Part shown: positions 6,327 to 13,161 of the stretch, piece after piece
How positions within the stretch are numbered: the first letter of the stretch is position 1
Layout: each line of letters opens with the position of its first letter
Source of the DNA: Gammaproteobacteria bacterium
GTDB taxonomy: Bacteria; Pseudomonadota; Gammaproteobacteria; Natronospirales; REEB76
Length of the DNA stretch: 32,015 bases
Direction: 5' to 3'
Assembly: GCA_036502565.1 (NCBI GenBank)
Contig: DASXYJ010000092.1
Span: forward strand, 1-32,015
Notes under the pieces: generated by a model
Databases searched by the model: none
Told to the model about the DNA's origin: nothing
What the model saw: the letters and a program-made list of their open reading frames with translations, nothing else
Program-made: the position numbers and the translations under genes

Positions 6327-9086
6327 CTAGTGCGCTTCCTGCCAGTTAGATCCAGTGCCCACGTCTACGACCAGGGGCACTTTCAGCTTCGCCGCGGCAG
6401 ACATGAGCGCCGGCACTTCCTTCTGCAGGGTGGCGAGGGCGTCCTGCTGCACCTCGAACACCAGTTCGTCATGCACCTGCATGACCATGCGCGCCTTCGT
6501 ACCGCTCTCGTCGAGCCAGCGCTGCACCGTGATCATGGCGCGCTTGATGATGTCCGCGGCGGTGCCCTGCATGGGCGCGTTCACCGCGGCGCGCTCTGCG
6601 TACTGGCGGATGGACTGGTTCTTGGACTTGATGTCCGGCAGGTACAAGCGCCGGCCGAACACCGTCTCCACGTAACCCTGCTCGCGGGCGAGCAGGCGCG
6701 TCTGATCCATGAACTGCTTCACGCCGGGGTAGCGACTGAAGTAGAGGTCCACGTATTCCTGTGCTTCGCCGCGGCCGATACCGAGCTGCTTGGCGAGGCC
6801 GAAGGCGGACATGCCGTAGATGAGGCCGAAGTTGATGGCCTTGGCGGCGCGCCGCCGCTCGTTCGTCACCTCGGCCGGCTTCAGGCCGAACACCTCGGCC
6901 GCGGTGGCGCGGTGGATGTCCATGCCGCCTTCGAAGGCTTTCAGCAGGCCCGCGTCCGCGGAGAGGTGCGCCATGATGCGTAGCTCGATCTGGGAATAGT
7001 CCGCGGCCAAGAGCACATGGCCCTTGGGCGCCACGAAGGCCTGACGGATGCGCCGGCCTTCCTCGGTGCGCACCGGGATGTTCTGCAGGTTGGGATCCTG
7101 GGAGGAGAGCCGGCCGGTGGCCGCCACCGCCTGGTGGTAGGAGGTGTGCACGCGGCCGGTCTTGGGGTCCACCTGCTCCGGTAGCTTCTCTATATAAGTG
7201 GACTTCAGCTTGTTGAGGGAGCGGTATTCCAGGATCACCTTGGGCAGCTCATGCTCAGAGGCCAGTTCCTCCAGCACGTCCTCCGCCGTGGAAGGCTGGC
7301 CGCTGGCGGTCTTGCGGATGACCGGGATCTCCATCTTCTCGAACAGGATGGCCTGTAGCTGCTTGGGTGAATCCAGGTTGAAGGGTCCACCGGCGATGCC
7401 GTGAGCCTGTTCCTGCAGGGTCGCGAGTTTCTTGGCGATCTCCTCGCCCTGCCCCTTCAGCATCGCGGTATCGATGAGCACGCCGTCGTGTTCCATCTTC
7501 AGCAGTATCGGCACCAGCGGCATCTCGATGTCGTCGAACACCCGCTTCAGGGACGGCACCGAGCGCAGCTTGGGCCACAGGGTCTGGTGCAGGCGCAGGG
7601 TCACGTCCGCGTCCTCGGCGGCGTAGCGCGAGGCCTCTTCGATGTGCACCTGATCGAAGCCGATCTGCTTCGCACCCTTGCCGGCCACGTCCTCGTAATG
7701 GATGGTCTTGTAGTTGAGATAGCGCTCCGCCAGGGAATCCATGTCGTGGCGGCTGGCCACGCTGTCCAACACGTAGGACTCCAGCATCGAGTCGTAGCGC
7801 ATGCCGGCCATGTGGATGCCGTAGTTCATCAGAACGTGGGCGTCGTACTTGAGGTGATGCCCCAGCTTCTGCTTCTTCGGGTCCTCCAAGAGCGGCTTCA
7901 GGCGCTTCAGCACCTCGGCCCGATCCAGCTGCGGCGGCGCATCCATATAGGCGTGGGCCAGCGGCACGTAGGCCGCCTCGCCGGACTTCACCGCCAGCGA
8001 TAGCCCCACGATCTCAGCCTTCATGTAGTCGAGGCTGGTGGTCTCGGTATCGAAGGCGAAGAGCTCCGCCGCCTCCAGCTTCTTCAGCCATTCTTCGAAG
8101 GTCTGCTGGTCCAGCACCGTGGTGTATTCACCTGCCGGTGAGACTGGCGCGGGTGCGGGCACCGCGGCCGGCCCGGGCCCGGACTTGGGCGCCGGCGCCT
8201 CGTCGCCGCCTTCCTCGAGCTGGCGCAACCAGGTCTTGAAGCCGAAGCGGGCGTAGAACTCCTTGAGCCGCGCCTGGTCCGGCTTGCGCATCCCCAGGTC
8301 CTTCGGACCCTGCTCCAGGTCCACCTCGCAGTGGATGGTGGCGAGACGACGCGAGAGGAAGGCCGCGTCCCTGTGCTGTTCGAGCTTCGGCGCCAGCGTC
8401 TTGGCGCCGCGCACCGGCACCTGCGGCACCTCCGCGAGGCGCGAATACAGCGCTTCCAGGCTGCCGAAGTGGATGAGCAGCGGCGCCGCGGTCTTGGGGC
8501 CGATGCCGGGCACCCCTGGGATGTTGTCGGAGCTGTCGCCCACCAGCGCCAGGTAGTCCACGATCTGCTCGGGCCAGACGTCGAACTTCTCCTTCACGCC
8601 CTCGCGGTTCAGGCGCGTGTCGGTCATGGTGTTGATGAGCGTCACGGTGTCGCCGTCCACCAACTGCGCCATGTCCTTGTCGCCGGTGGAGATCAGCACC
8701 GTCATGCCCTCGGCCACGCCGCGCTTGGCGAGGGTGCCGATCACGTCGTCCGCTTCCACCCCGCTCACCTTCAGCACCGGGAAGCCCAGGGCTTCCACCA
8801 GTTCACAGAGCGGCTGCACCTGGGCGCGCAGGTCGTCCGGCATGGGCGGGCGGTTGGCCTTGTACTCTTCGAACAGCTCGTCGCGGAAGGTCTTGCCGCT
8901 GGCGTCGAACACCACCGCCACGTGCTCCGGCGCATATTCGGCCATCAGCTTCTTCAGCATGTTGGTCACGCCGTAGAGCGCGCCGGTGGGCTCGCCGGTG
9001 GGCGAGGTCAGGGGTGGCAGGCCGAAGAAGGCGCGGTACAGGTAGGACGAGCCGTCCACCAGCACCAGGGGCGTCGGCTTGCTCAT
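6327..9086 (-). CDS. polA: DNA polymerase I
   Basis: A 919-aa protein with a 5'-nuclease N-terminus (LVLVDGSSYLYRAFF), a 3'-5' exonuclease block (FAFDTETTSLD) and polymerase motifs (DYSQIELRIMAHLS, RRAAKAINFGLIYG, QVHDELVFE). Confidence 0.98.
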   Translation of the reverse strand: MSKPTPLVLVDGSSYLYRAFFGLPPLTSPTGEPTGALYGVTNMLKKLMAEYAPEHVAVVFDASGKTFRDELFEEYKANRPPMPDDLRAQVQPLCELVEALGFPVLKVSGVEADDVIGTLAKRGVAEGMTVLISTGDKDMAQLVDGDTVTLINTMTDTRLNREGVKEKFDVWPEQIVDYLALVGDSSDNIPGVPGIGPKTAAPLLIHFGSLEALYSRLAEVPQVPVRGAKTLAPKLEQHRDAAFLSRRLATIHCEVDLEQGPKDLGMRKPDQARLKEFYARFGFKTWLRQLEEGGDEAPAPKSGPGPAAVPAPAPVSPAGEYTTVLDQQTFEEWLKKLEAAELFAFDTETTSLDYMKAEIVGLSLAVKSGEAAYVPLAHAYMDAPPQLDRAEVLKRLKPLLEDPKKQKLGHHLKYDAHVLMNYGIHMAGMRYDSMLESYVLDSVASRHDMDSLAERYLNYKTIHYEDVAGKGAKQIGFDQVHIEEASRYAAEDADVTLRLHQTLWPKLRSVPSLKRVFDDIEMPLVPILLKMEHDGVLIDTAMLKGQGEEIAKKLATLQEQAHGIAGGPFNLDSPKQLQAILFEKMEIPVIRKTASGQPSTAEDVLEELASEHELPKVILEYRSLNKLKSTYIEKLPEQVDPKTGRVHTSYHQAVAATGRLSSQDPNLQNIPVRTEEGRRIRQAFVAPKGHVLLAADYSQIELRIMAHLSADAGLLKAFEGGMDIHRATAAEVFGLKPAEVTNERRRAAKAINFGLIYGMSAFGLAKQLGIGRGEAQEYVDLYFSRYPGVKQFMDQTRLLAREQGYVETVFGRRLYLPDIKSKNQSIRQYAERAAVNAPMQGTAADIIKRAMITVQRWLDESGTKARMVMQVHDELVFEVQQDALATLQKEVPALMSAAAKLKVPLVVDVGTGSNWQEAH

Positions 9087-9316
9087 GGATGGTCCGGCGC
9101 GTGGGTGGCAGCCACCGGAGCCTTGGCCGTGGCCGCGGCGGGGGCGGTGCTACCCGGCGGCGCCACGATGTCCAGCACCTTGATATGGGGCGGCGGAGCC
9201 AGGGGCGGGAAGGTCGTGGGGGGCATGCGCAGGAACAGCTTGCCGGTCTGGCCGCAAGCAGTCAGGCACGACATCAATAGCAGGAGCGCCAGGAGGCGGA
9301 GCAGGGGCACACGCAT
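9083..9316 (-). CDS. Small Pro/Ala-rich lipoprotein, LptM/YifL-like (LPAM_2-type motif)
   Basis: Signal peptide with lipobox LTAC, followed by CGQTGKLFL-MPP. This resembles the CG-KGPLY-P signature recalled for E. coli YifL/LptM. Its TGA overlaps the polA ATG (ATGA at 9083-9086). No clear Shine-Dalgarno sequence. Confidence 0.55.
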   Translation of the reverse strand: MRVPLLRLLALLLLMSCLTACGQTGKLFLRMPPTTFPPLAPPPHIKVLDIVAPPGSTAPAAATAKAPVAATHAPDHP

Positions 9317-9374
9317 CCGGCCAGTATAAACGCCGCGGTGCTAGAGTGATGGCATCCTTGATGGGGACCTCGCC

Positions 9375-10046
9375 ATGGCCGACGTGCATTACGCCTTATG
9401 GATCTTCTGCCTGGTGGTGGTGTTGCTGGGCCTCGGCGGCGTCGCGCTGTTCCTCGGCGGTTTCAAGCGGCTGTTCCACGGCCGCGTGGCCGCGGGTGGA
9501 TCGCGCATCGTGTTCGGACTGCTCTTCTTGATGGTCTTCGCCTTCGTCGCCGCGGTGGCCCTGGACCTGCGTACCTATCTGCGCCTCACCGGGGAGAAGC
9601 CCGTGGCCACCCTGAGTCTTGCGGCGACGGGCCCGCAACAGTTCCATGCCACCCTCACCGAGGCCGATGGCCGGATGTTCAGCGTGGACCTGCGCGGCGA
9701 CGACTGGGAGCTGGATGCCCGCATCCTGAAGTGGAAGGGTCTGGCCACGGTGCTGGGCCTGGATCCGGTATATCGCTTGGAGCGGCTGGAAGGCCGCTAC
9801 CGCAACGCCGGGCAGGAGAGCCACGACTACCATTCGGTGCTGGAACTCTCCCAGGACCCGGGCCTGGATTTCTGGGCCCTGGCGCAGCGCCACAGCGGCT
9901 GGATCCCCTGGGCGGACACCACCTACGGCACTGGCACCTACCTGCCCATGGCCGATGGGGCCAAGTACCAGATCGCAGTGACCCCCACGGGCCTGCTGGC
10001 CCGGCCCATCAACAAGGCGGCGAACGACGCCATGGCCCATTGGTAA
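9375..10046 (+). CDS. Hypothetical membrane protein (two N-terminal TM helices plus a soluble ~150-aa domain)
   Basis: GGGGA lies 7 nt upstream of the ATG. Hydrophobic segments are LWIFCLVVVLLGLGGVALFLGGF and IVFGLLFLMVFAFVAAVALDL. Codon third positions are G+C-rich. The competing frames (9396..10040 minus, 9398..10096 plus) translate to Arg/Gly/Pro-rich junk. No family recognised. Confidence 0.7.
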   Translation: MADVHYALWIFCLVVVLLGLGGVALFLGGFKRLFHGRVAAGGSRIVFGLLFLMVFAFVAAVALDLRTYLRLTGEKPVATLSLAATGPQQFHATLTEADGRMFSVDLRGDDWELDARILKWKGLATVLGLDPVYRLERLEGRYRNAGQESHDYHSVLELSQDPGLDFWALAQRHSGWIPWADTTYGTGTYLPMADGAKYQIAVTPTGLLARPINKAANDAMAHW

Positions 10047-10063
10047 GACCTGGTCTAAAAGCC

Positions 10064-10091
10064 TTGAAACCCTTCTACATTATGTTATATA
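10064..10091 (+). promoter_or_regulatory. Putative sigma70 promoter for the 170-aa orphan gene
   Basis: TTGAAA (10064-10069), N16, TATATA (10086-10091), in a locally AT-rich spacer. It is followed by the hairpin CCCGGC/GCCGGG (10107-10124) and a GGAGG-type ribosome-binding site. Confidence 0.4.
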
Positions 10092-10138
10092 GATAGAATG
10101 ACATATCCCGGCTGAGGGGCCGGGTCAGGGGAGGGGCG

Positions 10139-10651
10139 ATGGGTCTTAGCAGGGGTTCCGCGGTTCCAGACATGCTGCCGAGCCACGTGCATGACGTGGG
10201 CACGGCCACTTGTCTGTTCTGTCCATACGGCGCCGGGGTCGAACCCGGCGACCGGCTCTATATGTACGACGAGAAGACGGTGTTCGGCCGCCAGCAACGG
10301 GAGCGGCTGGTGGAGGTGAAGTCCGTCAAGCAGTTCCGCTCCACCGGCCGGGTGCTGACGCTCGACCTGGTGATGGTCTCGCCGGAGGAGATGGCCCACA
10401 TCGCCGGGGACAGCGAGATCGGGGTGGAAGCCCTCCTGGCGCATCGTCCGGGTACCGCCACCTACGACGACAAGCGTCCGCCGCAAGTGGTGTACTTCGA
10501 GCCCTGCAGCGAGGACGACACCACCGGTTCCCACACCCGGCCCGGCCACGCCATCAGCCTCGACAGCAAACCCCAGAACCGCCATGCCACGGCGTTGGAG
10601 CGCATGTTCGACAAGCTGTTCGCGCGCGGCAAGAAGCCCACCGCACATTGA
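10139..10651 (+). CDS. Hypothetical cytoplasmic protein, no family recognised
   Basis: GAGGGG lies 4 nt upstream of the ATG. Composition is protein-like (LYMYDEKTVFGRQQRERLVEVKSVKQFRSTGRVLTLDLVMVSPEEMAHIAG) with no signal peptide. The overlapping frame from 10210 is Arg-rich junk until nt 10786. Confidence 0.6.
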   Translation: MGLSRGSAVPDMLPSHVHDVGTATCLFCPYGAGVEPGDRLYMYDEKTVFGRQQRERLVEVKSVKQFRSTGRVLTLDLVMVSPEEMAHIAGDSEIGVEALLAHRPGTATYDDKRPPQVVYFEPCSEDDTTGSHTRPGHAISLDSKPQNRHATALERMFDKLFARGKKPTAH

Positions 10652-10785
10652 AGTGTGGCTTGTGGCGCTCGGAGCGCTGGGGTAGATTCCGCCCCGCTGA
10701 AGGGGAATTCCATATCATCGAGAGAGCCTGCCGGGTCCGGGCCGCAGAAGCCTGGAGGCCGCGCACGCCCCGAGGGGAAACGGAC

Positions 10786-12417
10786 ATGTCCAGATCATCG
10801 ATCGCGTTGTTGAGCCTGTCGTTCCTCGCCGCTTGCGGCGGAGGTTCCGGCAGCGGCTCCGGCTCGCCCACCAGCACCCTCAAGCTCACGGCCTCACCCA
10901 GCCATTTCACCGGCACCCTGGTGCAGGGCCTGGTCTCCCAATACCAGATAACCGGCGCGGCCACCGGCAGCACCACCGGCAACGTGTTCCAGCTGCTCAC
11001 CGATGACGGGGGTACCTTCGCCGACCTGCGGGTCGATGCCGATCTCGGCAACGGCGACTTCCAGGCCCACTTCGACAATCGCGACGACCTCCCGGTGGGC
11101 GGCCGCAAGGGCAATCTCAAGCTGCAGTTCTGTGCTGACGCTGCCTGCGCCAAGGTCTACACCAGCTTCACCATCAGCTATGAATTCGAGGTCTTGGCGG
11201 CCAAGCACCTCACCAGCCTCAGCCCCCTGGCGGGCGCCGCTGACTGGCAGACCGACCAGGGCGGCGTGGGCCACACCGGCTATGTGCCGGTCACGCTGCA
11301 TGCCTCCGACTTCACCCCGCGCTGGCTCACCAAGGTCTCCCGCGACGCCGGCTGCAGCGGCTATGCCGAGGCGGTCACCGACTCCTCGCTGCAGCGGGTG
11401 TACATCAAGGGCACCCAATCCAACGGCCAGGGTTCCGGCATCAGTGCTTACGACGAGACCGACGGCAGCCGCGCCTGGACCCGCAACATCGGCAGCGACG
11501 GCTGTACGCCCTTCGATCCGCTGGGCAACCCCGGCGTGTTCAACCACGTGGTGTATGCCGCCTACGGTGTGCAATCCTCGAGCATCGGTGAGAAGCTCTA
11601 CGGCCTCGACGCCCAGACCGGCAGCGTGGTGCTCACCGGCGGGTCCTTCGGCACCTGCTTCAACGGCTGCGCTCCCGGCGCGCCGGTAGTGGCGGGCACA
11701 AGCCTGTTCGTCGGCTTCGGTTCCGCGGGTACTTGCGCCCACGTCAACGGCGCCGGCGGCGAGCCGGTGGTGGCGGTGGATACCGGCACCGGCAACGAGT
11801 TGTGGAACTCGCCGACCGTGAGCGGCTGCGGCGTCAGCCCCGCCCTGGACGGCACGGACCTCTATTACTACGTGCCGGGCAAAGCCTCCGACGGCTTCAC
11901 CGCCGTGGACCAGGCCACCGGCACCCTGGCGTTCAGCGTGCCGCGGGTATTCGCCGGCGAGGGCGGCACTGCCGCGCTGGACGGCAACGGCGGCGCGCTG
12001 GTGGCCATCGACAGCGGCCTCGCCGACGGCACCCTCGAGCGCGTCGACCTCGCCTCGCATGCGAGGGACTGGCAGAACACCGGTGGCGACGGCGACCAGC
12101 TCGCGGTGGCGCAGGGCGTGGTCTACGGCTGCAACGACATCGTCTCGCCCACCGTCATGGAGGCGCACAGTCTCTCCACCGGCAAGGTGGTGTGGGCCTG
12201 GCAGCCCTCGGTCACCGACACTGCGGGCGATTGCCGCGGCGCCATCGTCACCAAGGACCTGTTGTTCGTGAGCACCGCGGAGCGTGTGTACGCAGTGGAC
12301 CTGAAGACACACACCAGTGTCTGGTCCTATCCCCTGGGCGGGACACTCTCCATCTCACCCTCGGGGATCCTCTATATCCTCGGCGCCCACATGCTGGCGG
12401 CGGTCAACCTGCACTGA
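10786..12417 (+). CDS. Lipoprotein with PQQ-like (BamB-type) beta-propeller repeats
   Basis: I take the ATG at 10786 (GAGGGG upstream), not 10210. Lipobox LSFLAAC is followed by a GGGSGSGSGS linker. About seven repeats of the D-x-x-T/S-G-x-x-x-W type are present (LYGLDAQTGSVV, VVAVDTGTGNELW, FTAVDQATGTLAF, HSLSTGKVVWAW, VYAVDLKTHTSVWSY). Confidence 0.8.
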   Translation: MSRSSIALLSLSFLAACGGGSGSGSGSPTSTLKLTASPSHFTGTLVQGLVSQYQITGAATGSTTGNVFQLLTDDGGTFADLRVDADLGNGDFQAHFDNRDDLPVGGRKGNLKLQFCADAACAKVYTSFTISYEFEVLAAKHLTSLSPLAGAADWQTDQGGVGHTGYVPVTLHASDFTPRWLTKVSRDAGCSGYAEAVTDSSLQRVYIKGTQSNGQGSGISAYDETDGSRAWTRNIGSDGCTPFDPLGNPGVFNHVVYAAYGVQSSSIGEKLYGLDAQTGSVVLTGGSFGTCFNGCAPGAPVVAGTSLFVGFGSAGTCAHVNGAGGEPVVAVDTGTGNELWNSPTVSGCGVSPALDGTDLYYYVPGKASDGFTAVDQATGTLAFSVPRVFAGEGGTAALDGNGGALVAIDSGLADGTLERVDLASHARDWQNTGGDGDQLAVAQGVVYGCNDIVSPTVMEAHSLSTGKVVWAWQPSVTDTAGDCRGAIVTKDLLFVSTAERVYAVDLKTHTSVWSYPLGGTLSISPSGILYILGAHMLAAVNLH

Positions 12418-12425
12418 TCCGGATG

Positions 12426-12445
12426 CCCGGCGGCGGCGCGCCGGG
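12426..12445. terminator. GC hairpin between convergent genes (terminator-like, no T-run)
   Basis: Stem CCCGGCG / CGCCGGG with a 6-nt loop, 9 nt after the lipoprotein stop and about 50 nt after the thioesterase stop. Confidence 0.35.
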
Positions 12446-12496
12446 TGAGCATCGACCCGTGGCCTAGCCGCCGTGTCTCCGGTCGGCTCCAGATCT

Positions 12497-12946
12497 TCAG
12501 GGCACGCTGTGCTTCGCCAGCGAAGCCTTGTCCAGCACCGCCATCGTGATGCGTGACACGCACACCAGCCGTTCCTGCTCGTCGACGATCTTTATCTCCC
12601 ACACCTGGGTCGTGCTGCCGATGTGCAGCGCACGCGCGGTGCCCTTCACCGTGCCCTCGCGCATGGCGCGGATGTGGTTGGCGTTGATATCGAGGCCCAC
12701 CGCGAGTTTCTTGTCACGGTCCAGCACCAGGTTCGCACCGGTACTGCCGAGCGTCTCGGCGAGTGCCACCGAGGCCCCGCCGTGCAGGATGCCGGCCGGT
12801 TGTTTGGTGCGCTGATCCACCGGCATGGTGGCCGAGAGGAAGTCATCGCCCACTTCCACGTAGCGGATGCCGAGATGGCTCACCAGCGTCTGTTGCTGGT
12901 AGGCGTTGAGGTCGTCGACGCTGAAAGGCTTGAACCAGATGCTCAT
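12497..12946 (-). CDS. Hotdog-fold acyl-CoA thioesterase, PaaI/YbdB(EntH)/MenI-like
   Basis: Motif block PAGILHGGASVALAETLGS with the typical ~145-aa length. I use the ATG at 12946 (GGAGAG 6 nt upstream) rather than 12973. Confidence 0.85.
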   Translation of the reverse strand: MSIWFKPFSVDDLNAYQQQTLVSHLGIRYVEVGDDFLSATMPVDQRTKQPAGILHGGASVALAETLGSTGANLVLDRDKKLAVGLDINANHIRAMREGTVKGTARALHIGSTTQVWEIKIVDEQERLVCVSRITMAVLDKASLAKHSVP

Positions 12947-13161
12947 GGGTCTCTCCGGCGAGGTGCGGCGCAAGCCTACACGACCGAAGATAGTTCAGCG
13001 CAACTGCATTTGTAACGAACATTCGTCGGTATTTGACTTAATCACCCTGCATATTCCTGCGTGAAAACGCGCATGTGATGGAACAACGGCCATACTTATC
13101 CGGTTTTTATTCATGGCCCTGCGTAAGGCCATTAAGAAACAACAAATTGGGAGAACAGCCG

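Noticed and set aside
9014-9389. Alternative ORFs overlapping the mini-lipoprotein gene (9014..9280 plus, 9150..9389 minus).
   Set aside because: They are Arg/Gly-rich or Pro/Ala-rich with no signal or ribosome-binding site. The 9083..9316 minus frame uniquely gives a signal peptide, a lipobox and an ATGA junction with polA.
10210-10785. N-terminal 192-codon extension of the 735-aa ORF, which would overlap the 170-aa gene in another frame.
   Set aside because: The extension is Arg/Gly-rich junk. A proper ribosome-binding site, ATG and lipoprotein signal peptide occur at 10786. Similar track-start extensions were trimmed at 13075, 19683, 21644, 21683, 12973, 3745 and 5147 on RBS or signal-peptide grounds.
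12974-13161. A Fur box, riboswitch (for example cobalamin or TPP) or other leader upstream of the second TonB receptor gene.
   Set aside because: I could not recognise a GATAATGATAATCATTATC-like Fur box or a B12-box/TPP core. Only a short ACGAA-ca-TTCGT palindrome (13014-13025) and AT-rich promoter-like sequence are visible, which is too weak to call.
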